A stretch of 64,000 bases of DNA from an uncultured delta proteobacterium (GCA_963710455.1 CAVQAG010000013.1:149290-213289); one strand, 5' to 3'. Shown: positions 1-10,280, numbered from the stretch's first letter. Made by a program: numbers and translations. The notes: a model not told the origin generated them from the sequence alone.

Positions 1-675
1 CCCGCAGCGATCCTGCCGATGCAGGACGTCGAGAAGGCCGTAATTGAGGCGAATCGCGCGGCTAAACTGGGCGCGGTGAGTTTTTACGTCCGGCCCAACC
101 CGGTCGATGGATCTTCGATCTTCGATGACTACTACCTGCCGCTGTGGGCCGAGGTCGAAAGGCTCGGCTTGCCGATTTCGACTCACGATTCGGCCTCGTC
201 GTCTGTGCCCTCGTTCGGCGACCGGATGAACACCCACGTCAGCGGCCATATCCTGTCGCATCCGTTCGAGGCGATGGCCGCGATGGCCGGACTCATCTGG
301 TACGGCGTGCTGGAGAAGCTGCCGAAGCTCAAGGTGGTCCACGTCGAGGCCGACGGCGGATGGGTGCCCTACTGGTTGCAGCGGATGGAGCAGCATTGGA
401 ATTACGGCGGCAATTCCGAGCATGAATACCTCACCAAACCGCCTACCGAGTATTTCAAGCGCAACTTCTGGGTCGCGTTCCGCGGCGACGAGCCGACGAT
501 GAAGGCGGCGGTCGAACTGGTTGGCGACGACAATTTTCTATGGGACACCGACTACCCGCATCCCGACGGAACCTTTCCGTGGGGGATCGATGCGATGATG
601 CGCCAGCCGATTGGGCAGGAGAGCAGGCGCAAAATTCTGTGGGATAACGCGGTACGCGCCTTCAATTTGAACTGA
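1..675 (+). CDS. amidohydrolase-2 family metal-dependent hydrolase, C-terminal part (5' end outside window)
   Basis: Frame is open from nt 1 (PAAILP precedes the first ATG at 19). C-terminal FLWDTDYPHPDG motif and HDSA/HVEADGGW segments are typical of ACMSD-type amidohydrolases. Confidence 0.7.
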   Translation, partial: PAAILPMQDVEKAVIEANRAAKLGAVSFYVRPNPVDGSSIFDDYYLPLWAEVERLGLPISTHDSASSSVPSFGDRMNTHVSGHILSHPFEAMAAMAGLIWYGVLEKLPKLKVVHVEADGGWVPYWLQRMEQHWNYGGNSEHEYLTKPPTEYFKRNFWVAFRGDEPTMKAAVELVGDDNFLWDTDYPHPDGTFPWGIDAMMRQPIGQESRRKILWDNAVRAFNLN

Positions 676-713
676 CGCCCGCGATGGCCGAGGCGATCTA
701 CCAGGGTATCTAA

Positions 714-1904
714 ATGGATTTTGAATACACCCCCGAGCAGGAGGCTTTCCGCAAGGAGGTGCGCGACTGGCTGCGCGCCAACCTGCCGCCCGAACTATGC
801 GTCGACGATGCGATGGACGAGCGGATCGCCGGGACGCGCGAAGTTTTCGAGAAGCGCCGGCTGTGGCAGGCCAAGGTCAACGCCGCTGGCTATGCCGGCC
901 TGGCGTGGCCCAAGGAATACGGCGGACGCGCTGCGCCGTTGATGGAACAGATCATTTTCGACGAGGAATACTCGCGTGCGCGCGCGCCTGTGCTGCCTGG
1001 CTATTCCGGGCTCCAGTTGCTGGGCCCGACCATGATGTACTGGGGCAGCGACGAGCAGAAGAAATATTACATTCCGCGCATCCTGAGCGCCGAGGACATC
1101 TGGTGCCAGGGCTACTCCGAACCGGGGGCTGGCTCTGACCTCGCCGGATTGCAGACGCGCGCGGACGATCACGGCGATTACTTCAGGGTCAACGGCCAGA
1201 AGGTATGGACCTCAGGCGCGCAGTACGCCGATCGCATTTTCATGCTCGTGCGCACTGATTCTGAAGCGCCCAAGCACAAGGGCATCAGCTATCTGCTGGT
1301 CGACATGAAAAGCCCTGGCATCGACGTGAGGCCGCTGGTCCTGATGAATGGGCATCGGCACTTCAATGAGGTCTTCTTCGATAACGTCCAGGTGCCGAAG
1401 AAAAACCTGGTCGGGCCGCAGAACGAAGGATGGAAAGTCGCGATGACCACGCTCGGCTTCGAGCGCGGGATGGCCAGCGGGGGAGGGCACTCGTCCCAGG
1501 TTCGCCGGCTCGCGGAACTGGCGCACGCGATCAAAATCGACGGCCGCCCGGCGTGGGAGCAGGAATGGGTGCGCCAGCGCCTCGCCGAATTCATGACCGA
1601 GTGCGAGGCGCTCAAGTACACGCGGATGCGCTCGCTTACGCGCCGGCTGAAGGGTTTGCCGCCGGGACCGGAGGGCTCGGTGTTGAAGCTCGCGGGCTCG
1701 GAGCTGGGAGTCGCGATCGCGCGTTTTGCGAGCGAATTGTTGGGCCAGCACACGCTGCTCAGCGAGCCGATGGGTGACGTGCCGGACGCGCCGCGATGGC
1801 TCAACCGGGTGCTCAGCTCGCGTCAGTACACGATCGCGGGCGGGACCAGCGAGATTCAGCGCAACATCATCGGCGAGCGCCAGTTGGGCTTGCCCAAGGG
1901 CTGA
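714..1904 (+). CDS. acyl-CoA dehydrogenase family protein
   Basis: 396 aa. Motifs CQGYSEPGAGSDLAGLQTRA, GQKVWTSGA and C-terminal YTIAGGTSEIQRNIIGE are classic ACAD signatures. Confidence 0.9.
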   Translation: MDFEYTPEQEAFRKEVRDWLRANLPPELCVDDAMDERIAGTREVFEKRRLWQAKVNAAGYAGLAWPKEYGGRAAPLMEQIIFDEEYSRARAPVLPGYSGLQLLGPTMMYWGSDEQKKYYIPRILSAEDIWCQGYSEPGAGSDLAGLQTRADDHGDYFRVNGQKVWTSGAQYADRIFMLVRTDSEAPKHKGISYLLVDMKSPGIDVRPLVLMNGHRHFNEVFFDNVQVPKKNLVGPQNEGWKVAMTTLGFERGMASGGGHSSQVRRLAELAHAIKIDGRPAWEQEWVRQRLAEFMTECEALKYTRMRSLTRRLKGLPPGPEGSVLKLAGSELGVAIARFASELLGQHTLLSEPMGDVPDAPRWLNRVLSSRQYTIAGGTSEIQRNIIGERQLGLPKG

Positions 1905-1974
1905 GCGCCGCGCGCAAAGCTTGCGGCGGTGATCACCGTTTGACATCGGTCCAACTTTAGACATAGTCTTAACA

Positions 1975-2394
1975 GTGATGAAGACCGATCTGCTCATGCT
2001 GCTGCGAAAGCATGCGATCCAGCCCTCGGCGCAGAGGGTTGCGGTCGCGCGCTACGTGCTCGACACCTGCGAGCATCCGACCGCGGACAAGGTATGGGCG
2101 AAGGTCAAACGGGCCTTTCCGATGATCTCCCGCGCCACCGTGTACAACACTCTCAACCTGTTCGTGAAGAAGGGCCTGTTGCGCCAGTTCGCGCTCAACG
2201 ACGGCAAGACCGTGTTCGACGCGAACGTCGGCAGTCATCATCATTTCGTGGATGAGGCGAGCGGCCGCCTTTACGACATCCCGTGGGAAGCGCTGGCGGT
2301 GTCGAAACTCGAAGCGCTGAACGGCTTCGAGGTGCGCGAATACCACGTGGTGGTACGCGGCCGGGTCAAAGAAGGCTCGCGCAGAAGAGCGTGA
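1975..2394 (+). CDS. Fur-family transcriptional regulator (variant without CxxC pairs)
   Basis: 139 aa. Winged-helix segment ISRATVYNTLNLFVKKGLL and HHHF block at the position of the Fur HHHDH motif. Only one Cys in the whole protein. GTG 1975 or ATG 1978 as start. Confidence 0.75.
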   Translation: MMKTDLLMLLRKHAIQPSAQRVAVARYVLDTCEHPTADKVWAKVKRAFPMISRATVYNTLNLFVKKGLLRQFALNDGKTVFDANVGSHHHFVDEASGRLYDIPWEALAVSKLEALNGFEVREYHVVVRGRVKEGSRRRA

Positions 2395-2443
2395 GCGTGA
2401 CTTCAACCGACCTTGAAATTTTCAGCCGAGCTAGTCTGCGAAA

Positions 2444-3883
2444 TCATCCGGCAAGTTTGCGGCGAAGGACCTCGTTGACCACCTTGGGATTGCCCTTGCC
2501 GCCCATCGCCTTCATCACCGCGCCGACGAAAAATCCGTAAAGCTTCTCGCGTCCGGCACGGTACCCGGCGAGCTTGGCGCTTTCCGCCGCGAGCACCCGA
2601 TCGCAGGCCTCAGCGATCGCGGCCTCGTCAGAGACCTGGGCGAGGCCGAGTTCCGCCACGGTTGCCTCCGCACCCTTGCCCGAGCGGCACATCGCGGCAA
2701 ATGCATTTTTCGCGGCATTGAGGCTGATGCGCGAGTCCTCGACCATCTTCAGCAGCGCGCCGGTCTCCTGCGGCTTGGGCGCAGACTCCGTGAGGGGCCT
2801 GCCCGACTCGTTGGCCGCGCGCAGCACTTCCGTCATTACCCAGTTGGCGGCGAATTTCGGATTGACACCGGTGGCCAGAACATTGACGAAGTAGTCGCCC
2901 AGATCCTCACGCCCTAGCAGGACGCCGACTTCATAAGGCGTGAGCCCGAAGTCCTTCACGTATTTTTCGCGCGTTTGGGCGGGCAGTTCAGGCATAGCCG
3001 AGCGGATTTCTTCGACCAGATCCGGTGGCACGATCAGCGGCGGCAGGTCGGGCTCGGGGAAGTAGCGATAGTCGTTGGCGAACTCCTTGGAACGCATCGG
3101 GCGCGTCACTTCGCGCTCGGGATCCCACAGGTGAGTTTCCTGCGCAATACGCCGCCCCGCGCTGATTTCCTCGATTTGCCGGTTGACCTCGTAAACGATC
3201 GCTTTCTCAACAAAGCGGAATGAATTGAGATTCTTGATCTCGGTCCTGGCTCCAAGCTCCGTGGCGCCGCGCGGACGCACCGAGACATTGACGTCGCATC
3301 GCAGGCTGCCTTCTTCCATCTTGCCGTCCGAGGCGCCGACCGCGATCAGGATTCCGCGCAGCTCACGCAGATAGTCGACCGCCTCTTCAGGCGAATGGAT
3401 GTCCGGTTCGCTCACGATCTCCATCAGCGGCACGCCGGAACGGTTGAAATCCACCAGGCTCGCGTTCTCGGCATGGATATTCTTGCCGGCGTCTTCTTCG
3501 AGATGAATTCGCACCAGCCGAATCCTGCGCGGTTCGGCTCTCTCTCGCGCCGGCAGCTCGATATAGCCGCCACGGCATAGCGGCTGATCGTACTGGCTAA
3601 TCTGGTAGCCCTTGGGCAGGTCTGGATAGAAGTAGCTTTTGCGCGCGAATACCGAATGCGGCTCCATCTTGCTATGCGCGGCGAGTCCGGTCCGAATAGC
3701 CAGTTCGAGCACCTGACGATTCAGCACCGGCAGCACCCCGGGCATCGCCATGCATATCGGGCAAACATTATGATTGGGCGGCGCGCCGAAGTCCGCGGCG
3801 CATCCGCAGAAAAGCTTCGAGCGGGTGAGCATGTGGGCGTGAACTTCAAGCCCGATTACCGCCTCGTATGCGTCGTTGTCCAT
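2444..3883 (-). CDS. gatB: Asp-tRNA(Asn)/Glu-tRNA(Gln) amidotransferase subunit B
   Basis: 479 aa. N-terminal YEAVIGLEVHAHM...KLFCGC and C-terminal YqeY-like tail. Last gene of the gatC-gatA-gatB string. Confidence 0.95.
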   Translation of the reverse strand: MDNDAYEAVIGLEVHAHMLTRSKLFCGCAADFGAPPNHNVCPICMAMPGVLPVLNRQVLELAIRTGLAAHSKMEPHSVFARKSYFYPDLPKGYQISQYDQPLCRGGYIELPARERAEPRRIRLVRIHLEEDAGKNIHAENASLVDFNRSGVPLMEIVSEPDIHSPEEAVDYLRELRGILIAVGASDGKMEEGSLRCDVNVSVRPRGATELGARTEIKNLNSFRFVEKAIVYEVNRQIEEISAGRRIAQETHLWDPEREVTRPMRSKEFANDYRYFPEPDLPPLIVPPDLVEEIRSAMPELPAQTREKYVKDFGLTPYEVGVLLGREDLGDYFVNVLATGVNPKFAANWVMTEVLRAANESGRPLTESAPKPQETGALLKMVEDSRISLNAAKNAFAAMCRSGKGAEATVAELGLAQVSDEAAIAEACDRVLAAESAKLAGYRAGREKLYGFFVGAVMKAMGGKGNPKVVNEVLRRKLAG

Positions 3884-3917
3884 CGTTTCGATGATCCGAT
3901 TCGTGTTGCCGCCGTTT

Positions 3918-5378
3918 CTAAAGCTGTGGCGCGCGCGGGGCGAAGCCGCCGGAGCGCTCCCACGTATCGCCGGCGCGCAGGATCGCTTCCTCGCCGAAGG
4001 GCGGTCCGATAAGTTGCAGTCCGATCGGCATCCCCCGCGCGTCGGCGCCGCACGGCACCGACATCCCGGGCAGGCCGGCGAGATTCACCGAGATGGTGAA
4101 GATGTCCGACAGATACATCTTGAGCGGGTCGTTGGTCTTTTCGCCGAGCCTAAACGCGGTGGTCGGCGCGACCGGCGCCGCGATCAGGTCGCAGCTTTCG
4201 AAAGCGCGATCGAAATCACGCCGGATAAGCGTCCGGACCTTCTGGCCCTTCAGATAGTAAGCGTCGTAGTAGCCGGCCGAGAGCGCGAAAGTGCCGAGCA
4301 TGATGCGCCGCTTGACCTCGGCGCCGAAGCCCTGAGCGCGAGTACGATTGTATAGTTCGATATTGTTATTCGCGGCAGCGCGAAAGCCATAGCGCACTCC
4401 GTCATAGCGCGCCAGGTTCGCGCTCGCCTCGGCGGTTGCTATCAAATAGTAGGCGGCGACCGCGTAGCCGGTGTGGGGAAGCGAAATTTCAACCGCCCGC
4501 GCGCCCATCGCTTCAAAGCCCTTCAGCGCGCCGCGCACCGCGGTCTCGACCGCGGCGTCCATCCCTTCGACGAAATATTCTCGGGGCACCCCGATACGCA
4601 TCCCGCGGACCTCGCCGGTGAGCGCGCGTTCATAGTCGGGCACCGGCCGCGCGGAGCAGGTCGAATCACGCGGGTCGGCACCGGCGACGGCACGCAGCAC
4701 CGCCGCCGCGTCGCGCACCGTTCGCGCGAACGGGCCAACCTGGTCGAGCGACGATGCGTACGCGATCACGCCGTAGCGGCTCACACGGCTGTAGGTCGGT
4801 TTGATCCCGACCACGCCGCAGAACGACGCCGGCAGGCGAATCGAGCCCCCGGTATCGGTGCCAAGCGACGCGAGGCATTCGCCGGCCGCTACCGCTGCTG
4901 CCGATCCTCCCGACGAACCACCGGCGACCCGTTCGAGGTCGTGGGGATTGCGCGTTGGACCGAAGGCCGAGTTCTCGGTCGACGACCCCATCGCGAACTC
5001 GTCCAGGTTGGCCTTGCCGACGAAAACCGCGCCCGCGGCGCGCAGCTTTTCGATCGCGGTAGCGTCGAACGGCGGCGTGAAGTCATCGAGAATCTTCGAG
5101 GCGCAGGTCGTGCGTACGCCGCGCGTGCAATAGATGTCCTTTATGCCGAGCGGGATGCCGCACAACTCTGGCGCGTCGCCTTGGCTCAGGCGCTTGTCAG
5201 CGTCGTCGGCCTGGGTCATCGCTTCGGTCTCGCACACGGTGATGAATGCGTTGACGCGCGGTTCGACCGCGGCGATTCGATCGAGGCAAGCGCGAGTGAG
5301 TTCGCGCGAGCTGATTTCGCGTCTCCGCAGGCGCTCACGTGCCTCCGTGATAGTCAGGCGGTTCAGTTCAGGGGCCAT
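3918..5378 (-). CDS. gatA: Asp-tRNA(Asn)/Glu-tRNA(Gln) amidotransferase subunit A
   Basis: 486 aa. Amidase signature [12 protein letters not shown] and [12 protein letters not shown]. Start lies 2 nt after the gatC stop. Confidence 0.95.
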   Translation of the reverse strand: MAPELNRLTITEARERLRRREISSRELTRACLDRIAAVEPRVNAFITVCETEAMTQADDADKRLSQGDAPELCGIPLGIKDIYCTRGVRTTCASKILDDFTPPFDATAIEKLRAAGAVFVGKANLDEFAMGSSTENSAFGPTRNPHDLERVAGGSSGGSAAAVAAGECLASLGTDTGGSIRLPASFCGVVGIKPTYSRVSRYGVIAYASSLDQVGPFARTVRDAAAVLRAVAGADPRDSTCSARPVPDYERALTGEVRGMRIGVPREYFVEGMDAAVETAVRGALKGFEAMGARAVEISLPHTGYAVAAYYLIATAEASANLARYDGVRYGFRAAANNNIELYNRTRAQGFGAEVKRRIMLGTFALSAGYYDAYYLKGQKVRTLIRRDFDRAFESCDLIAAPVAPTTAFRLGEKTNDPLKMYLSDIFTISVNLAGLPGMSVPCGADARGMPIGLQLIGPPFGEEAILRAGDTWERSGGFAPRAPQL

Positions 5379-5379
5379 G

Positions 5380-5676
5380 TCACTCGATGATTTTGGGTAC
5401 CTTGAAGAAGAAACCCTCGCGCGCGGGCGCGTTGGCCAGCATCGCGTCGGCCGCCGGAAGATTGGTCACCCTATCCTCGCGCATCGGCGTGCCAGCTTCG
5501 CCGACCTGCGCCGTTGGCTCGATCGCGTCCGTATCTAGTTCATTGAGCTTGTCGACATAGCCGAGCATCTCGCTCATCTCGACTTGCAGACGCTGCTCTT
5601 CGGCCGGCGCAAGCTCGAGGCGCGCGAGGCGTGCGACGTGGCGAACCTGTTCAAGGCTGATCTTTTCCTGAGCCAT
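5380..5676 (-). CDS. gatC: Asp-tRNA(Asn)/Glu-tRNA(Gln) amidotransferase subunit C
   Basis: [22 protein letters not shown] is a typical GatC N-terminus. ATG at 5676 is preferred over the ORF-track start at 5694. Position is directly upstream of gatA. Confidence 0.85.
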   Translation of the reverse strand: MAQEKISLEQVRHVARLARLELAPAEEQRLQVEMSEMLGYVDKLNELDTDAIEPTAQVGEAGTPMREDRVTNLPAADAMLANAPAREGFFFKVPKIIE

Positions 5677-5769
5677 CGGGGATAATCCTAACATCGGTTG
5701 TTCACCAAGTCAGGTTTTCGCCACAAGCAGCTTGCCAGCCGCAATGGGGACACCTAACTTTGTGGGACG

Positions 5770-6204
5770 GTGAAGCTTACTCGCCGACTTGGCGTCTGGA
5801 TGGATGGGCTCTCGAATCTGCGGGATTTCGGATGGCGCTCGTTCGCCGGCCTCGATCGGATCGCATTGGGACGCCGAGGCGAGCGGATTGCCGAACGTCA
5901 TCTGCGACGCCAGGGCTACCTCATCCTGGAGCGTAATTTTCGCGGCGCGGGAGCGGAGATCGACCTCGTCGCGATGGATGGCGAGACGCTAGTGTTCGTC
6001 GAGGTCAAGACCCGGCGTACCGCAGAAACCGGGATGCCGGAGGAAGCAGTGAACTACTACAAACAGCGCCATCTGAGGCGCGCGGGCGAGGTCTATGCGC
6101 AGGGCCGTCGCGCGCACGACCGCCCGATGCGTTTTGACGTGGTCGCGATCCTCGAGGACGCTGGCGGCCATCGCCATCTGGAACTCCTGAAGGACGCTTT
6201 CTGA
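5770..6204 (+). CDS. YraN/UPF0102 family endonuclease-like protein
   Basis: Core GERIAERHLRRQGYLILERNFR...EIDLVA...LVFVEVKTRR is typical of the YraN family. Start is uncertain: GTG 5770, with internal Met candidates. Confidence 0.7.
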   Translation: MKLTRRLGVWMDGLSNLRDFGWRSFAGLDRIALGRRGERIAERHLRRQGYLILERNFRGAGAEIDLVAMDGETLVFVEVKTRRTAETGMPEEAVNYYKQRHLRRAGEVYAQGRRAHDRPMRFDVVAILEDAGGHRHLELLKDAF

Positions 6205-7485
6205 ATGCTCGATATACGACTTATCCGCGAAAAGCCCGGCTTCGTCAAAGCCGAGCTGGCCAAGTGCGGCGTCGATCCCTCCGAGGTCGATCAGCTACTG
6301 GAAAGCGACGCACGCCGGCGCCATCTGCAACACGAGCTTGATGACTTGCGCGCGCAACGCACTCGTGAGTCGCGCGAGTTGGGTAAGGCCTCGCCCGAAG
6401 AGCGCGAAGGGCGGCGCGCCGAGATGCGCGCGCTCGGCGATCGTATCTCAACGGGCGAGCGCGAACTGACGGAAGTCGAGCGGCAGTTCGAGCAATTGAT
6501 GCTCCTGATGCGCAACCTGCCGCGTCCTTATGTGCCGGAGGGCAAGGGCGAGGCCGATAACAAGATCGTGCGTGGCGAGGGACATCCGACCGAAACTCCC
6601 TTCAAATCACTGCCGCATTGGGAGTTGGGCGAGCGGCTGGGGATTATCGATTTCGAGCGCGGGGTGAAACTTTCGGGCACGCGCTTTTACGTGCTGATGG
6701 GAATGGGAGCACGCCTTGAGCGCGCGCTCATCGCCTGGATGCTCGATCTGAAGACGCGTGAGCAGGGCTACCTGGAAGTGATCCCGCCGTTGATGGTCAA
6801 TAGCGCGACTGTCACCGGCACCGGTCATTTGCCCAAGTTTGGGGACACGATGTACCGCGATGTCGAGGAAGACTACTGGTTCATCCCGACCGCCGAGGTT
6901 CCGCTTACCAATCTCTACCGCGATGAAATCCTCGAGGCCGCGCGCTTGCCGATCTATCTGACGGCTTATACGCCATGCTTTCGGCGCGAGAAGATGTCGG
7001 CCGGGCGCGACGTCCGCGGCATCAAGCGCGGCCATCAGTTCGACAAGGTCGAGATGGTCAAGCTGGTGACGCCCGAGAGTTCCGATGAGGAACTGGAGAA
7101 GTTGGTCGAAAACGCGTGCGAGGTATGCCGCCAGCTTAAGATTCCGTTTCGCGTCCTGCAGCTGTGCACCGCCGACCTGGGGTTTCAGAGCGCCGCGACT
7201 TACGACGTCGAGATGTGGGCGCCAGGATCGGGCGAATGGCTGGAGGTAAGCTCGTGCTCGAACTGCACGGATTTTCAGCCGCGCCGCGCCAATCTGCGCT
7301 TTCGACGCGGCCAGGGCGAGCGTCCGGAATTCGTCCACGCGCTCAACGGCTCTGGACTGGGATTGCCGCGTACGCTTATCGCCGTGCTGGAGAACTATCA
7401 GCAGGCCGATGGCACGATCGTGGTACCCGAGGTACTGCGGCCATACATGGGCGGACTGGACGTAATCCGGCCGCGGAATTCGTGA
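6205..7485 (+). CDS. serS: seryl-tRNA synthetase
   Basis: 426 aa. N-terminal coiled-coil arm and class II core (FRREKMSAGRDVRGIKRGHQFDKVE, GSGLGLPRTLIAVLENYQ). Confidence 0.95.
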   Translation: MLDIRLIREKPGFVKAELAKCGVDPSEVDQLLESDARRRHLQHELDDLRAQRTRESRELGKASPEEREGRRAEMRALGDRISTGERELTEVERQFEQLMLLMRNLPRPYVPEGKGEADNKIVRGEGHPTETPFKSLPHWELGERLGIIDFERGVKLSGTRFYVLMGMGARLERALIAWMLDLKTREQGYLEVIPPLMVNSATVTGTGHLPKFGDTMYRDVEEDYWFIPTAEVPLTNLYRDEILEAARLPIYLTAYTPCFRREKMSAGRDVRGIKRGHQFDKVEMVKLVTPESSDEELEKLVENACEVCRQLKIPFRVLQLCTADLGFQSAATYDVEMWAPGSGEWLEVSSCSNCTDFQPRRANLRFRRGQGERPEFVHALNGSGLGLPRTLIAVLENYQQADGTIVVPEVLRPYMGGLDVIRPRNS

Positions 7486-7544
7486 TGACGTGATAGTGTC
7501 CAACGAAGGCCGCCACCCGCGCGTACTCCAGATTTTCGCTTCGA

Positions 7545-7565
7545 GTTAACATTCCCGTAACATTC
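7545..7565 (+). promoter_or_regulatory. candidate Pho box (two TAACATTC direct repeats with 11-bp register) upstream of pstC
   Basis: GTTAACATTCccGTAACATTC: the 8-mer TAACATTC starts at 7547 and again at 7558, exactly 11 bp apart and about 86 nt upstream of the pstC start. PhoB-type regulators bind direct repeats with 11-bp periodicity. The repeat sequence differs from the E. coli consensus. Confidence 0.35.
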
Positions 7566-7650
7566 GAGGCGTTACCTTGATTGAAGCGGGATCGTACCTT
7601 GGGGTGGATGGCGGCGCGAGGCCGCAACGGTCGTAACCAATAGTTTCACC

Positions 7651-8646
7651 TTGGCCGAATTTCTCGAAGCGACGCATGACAATGTAGCGGCACCGGCGCG
7701 CGCGGGGCGGGTCAGCGCCTTTCGCGTCCGTCCGCTCGGCGACCGCATCTTCAATCTGACTACCCTTCTGCTGACGCTGGTGGGTCTGAGCATCCTGGTC
7801 GGCCTCGCGATAGCGTTGGTGATCGAATCCACGCCGTCCCTCAAGGCGTTTGGCTGGAGCTTCGTTGTCGGCACCGATTGGGACCCGGTTAACGAGCGCT
7901 TCGGCGCGCTGCCATTCATCTATGGAACCTTGGCCTCATCGACGCTCGCACTGATCATCGCGGTGCCGCTCAGCCTGGGTGTGGCGCTGTGCCTGAGTGA
8001 GATGGCGCCGGTCTGGCTCAGCCGGCGCCTGGGGTTCATGGTCGAACTGCTGGCGGCGATTCCCTCAGTAGTCTACGGGCTGTGGGCGATTTTCGTGCTC
8101 GGGCCGTGGCTGCGCGATCACGTCGAGCCGCGACTTGGGGCTACGCTGGGCTTTTTGCCGTTGTTCCAAGGACCGCGCGTCTCGGTGAGCATGCTGTGTG
8201 CCGGCGTGGTGCTCGCAATCATGGTCGTGCCGTATATCGCCGCGGTGTGCACCGACGTTTTTCGCGCCGTGCCGCAGACTCAGCGCGAGGCTGCCCTGGC
8301 GCTGGGCGCGACACGCTGGGAGATGGTGCGGATTGCGGTGCTGCCGTATGGGCTTTCCGGGGTGATCGGTGCGATCATGCTCGGACTGGGCCGTGCGCTG
8401 GGCGAGACGATCGCGGTCGCGATGGTGATCGGCAACTCGCCGCAGATTTCGGCCTCGCTTTTCGCACCAGCGGCCACCCTTGCCAGCGTGATCGCCAACG
8501 AGTTCGCCGAGGCGACCTCGACGCTGTATCTCTCGTCGCTGGTGGAGCTGGGGCTGGTGCTGCTGGTAGTCGGGCTCGCGCTCAACGTGGTCGCGCGCGG
8601 ATTGGTGCTGGGCGCCACGCAGGGCCGCTTCGAGGGCGACCGGTGA
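7651..8646 (+). CDS. pstC: phosphate ABC transporter permease PstC
   Basis: 331 aa multi-TM protein with EAALALGATRWEMVRIAVLP permease EAA loop. TTG start. Followed by pstA and pstB. Confidence 0.85.
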   Translation: MAEFLEATHDNVAAPARAGRVSAFRVRPLGDRIFNLTTLLLTLVGLSILVGLAIALVIESTPSLKAFGWSFVVGTDWDPVNERFGALPFIYGTLASSTLALIIAVPLSLGVALCLSEMAPVWLSRRLGFMVELLAAIPSVVYGLWAIFVLGPWLRDHVEPRLGATLGFLPLFQGPRVSVSMLCAGVVLAIMVVPYIAAVCTDVFRAVPQTQREAALALGATRWEMVRIAVLPYGLSGVIGAIMLGLGRALGETIAVAMVIGNSPQISASLFAPAATLASVIANEFAEATSTLYLSSLVELGLVLLVVGLALNVVARGLVLGATQGRFEGDR

Positions 8647-9512
8647 CGGCCAAAACTTCCGTGCAGACGCGCCGCACCATGTGGCGCAAGGCCAAAAGCG
8701 ACCTGATGATGGGCGTGACGGTGCTCGCGACCGTGATCACGCTGCTGCCGCTGTTCATCATCCTGGCTTACCTCTTCGCCAAGGGAGCCTCGAGTCTGAA
8801 CCTCGCGTTCTTTACGCATATGCCGGCGCCGGTGGGGGAGAAGGGCGGTGGGATGGCCAACGCGATCGTCGGTACGCTGGAGCTGATCGGGCTGGCGAGC
8901 CTGATGGGCGTGCCGATAGGGATCGGCGCGGGATTGTACCTGGCAGCGCATCGGGGCGGCCGCCTGGCCAGCGCGGCACGCTTCGGCGCCGACGTCATGA
9001 TGGGTGTGCCATCGATCGTAATCGGCATCTTCGCCTACGCGGTCGTGGTGCGGCCGATGGGCGGGTTCTCGACGCTGGCGGGCGCCGTGGCGCTCGCGGT
9101 GATCATGATTCCGCTGGTGACGCGGACCACCGAGGAGATGCTGCTGCTGGTGCCGCACGAATTGCGGGAGGCGGCGCTGGCGCTGGGCGTGCCCGCCTGG
9201 CGCACGACGTTATGGGTGGTCGCGCGCACGGCGGCGAGCGGGATTGCCACCGGCGCAATCCTGGCCGTGGCCCGAATCGCAGGCGAGACGGCGCCCTTGC
9301 TGTTCACGGCCTTCGGCAACCGCTTCTGGTCGACCTCACTGACCAGTCCCATCGCCTCGCTTACGGTGCAGGTCTACACCTACGCGATTTCGCCCTTTCC
9401 CGATTGGCAGCGCCAGGCCTGGGCGGGAGCGCTGGTGCTGACCACCATCGTGCTGGCACTGGAGTTAGGCGTAAGATGGATGACACGCGGGAGCGCGCGA
9501 GTCATACGCTAG
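8643..9512 (+). CDS. pstA: phosphate ABC transporter permease PstA
   Basis: GTG at 8643 overlaps the pstC stop (GTGA); alternative ATG at 8679. EAALALGVPAWRTTLWVV EAA loop and multi-TM profile. The long upstream extension of the ORF (8082-8642) is out of frame over pstC and was discarded. Confidence 0.85.
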   Translation: MTAKTSVQTRRTMWRKAKSDLMMGVTVLATVITLLPLFIILAYLFAKGASSLNLAFFTHMPAPVGEKGGGMANAIVGTLELIGLASLMGVPIGIGAGLYLAAHRGGRLASAARFGADVMMGVPSIVIGIFAYAVVVRPMGGFSTLAGAVALAVIMIPLVTRTTEEMLLLVPHELREAALALGVPAWRTTLWVVARTAASGIATGAILAVARIAGETAPLLFTAFGNRFWSTSLTSPIASLTVQVYTYAISPFPDWQRQAWAGALVLTTIVLALELGVRWMTRGSARVIR

Positions 9513-9518
9513 ACGCCG

Positions 9519-10280
9519 ATGGATGAAAAGCTCGTCGCACGACATCTGAGCGCTTATTTCGGGCAGCTCCGCGCCCTCCATGACATCAACCTGGCGTTTC
9601 CGGCCAACGTGGTGACGGCGATCATCGGACCCTCGGGATGCGGCAAGTCGACCCTGGTGCGATGCCTCAACCGGATGCACGAAGTCGTGCCTGGCGCGTG
9701 GGCCGAGGGCGAAGCGCTGCTCGATGGAGACAATATCTACGACTCGGGCGTTGACCCGGTGCAGGTGCGGCGGCGAATCGGGATGGTATTTCAGAAGCCG
9801 ACGCCGTTTCCGACCATGTCGATCGAGGACAACGTCGCCGCCGGACTCAAGCTCAACGGCGTCGCGCTAAGGCGTCCCGAACGCGATCGCATCGTCGAGC
9901 GCAGCCTGCGCCAGGCGGCGCTATGGGACGAAGTCAAGGAACGCTTGCGTCGGCCTGGCGCCAGTCTTTCGGGCGGCCAGCAGCAGCGCCTTTGCGTGGC
10001 GCGGGCGCTGGCGGTCGAGCCCGAGGTACTACTGATGGACGAGCCATGTTCGGCGCTCGATCCTATTTCCACCGCGCGCATCGAAGAGCTCTTGTTGGAG
10101 CTCAAGGCCAAATACACAATCGTGTTGGTAACGCATAATATGCAGCAGGCGGCCCGCACCGCGGACCTGACCGCCTTCCTGTATGCCGGGGAACTTATCG
10201 AGTTCGGTCAGACTCGGCAGATCTTTACTAACCCGGCCCGCCGCGAGACCGAGGACTATATCACCGGGCGTTTCGGTTAA
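9519..10280 (+). CDS. pstB: phosphate ABC transporter ATP-binding protein PstB
   Basis: Walker [10 protein letters not shown], signature [14 protein letters not shown], Walker [12 protein letters not shown]. Confidence 0.95.
   Translation: MDEKLVARHLSAYFGQLRALHDINLAFPANVVTAIIGPSGCGKSTLVRCLNRMHEVVPGAWAEGEALLDGDNIYDSGVDPVQVRRRIGMVFQKPTPFPTMSIEDNVAAGLKLNGVALRRPERDRIVERSLRQAALWDEVKERLRRPGASLSGGQQQRLCVARALAVEPEVLLMDEPCSALDPISTARIEELLLELKAKYTIVLVTHNMQQAARTADLTAFLYAGELIEFGQTRQIFTNPARRETEDYITGRFG

Noticed and set aside
1079-1095. CATCCTGAGCG match to the repeat-family core inside the acyl-CoA dehydrogenase gene (also at about 21583)
   Set aside because: It is only an 11-nt match within well-supported coding sequence (RILSAED), with none of the flanking repeat sequence. 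It is most likely chance.
8082-8642. 187-codon N-terminal extension of the pstA ORF
   Set aside because: It overlaps pstC out of frame and is an Arg/Gly/Ala-rich translation. A GTG at 8643 overlapping the pstC stop gives a normal PstA N-terminus.
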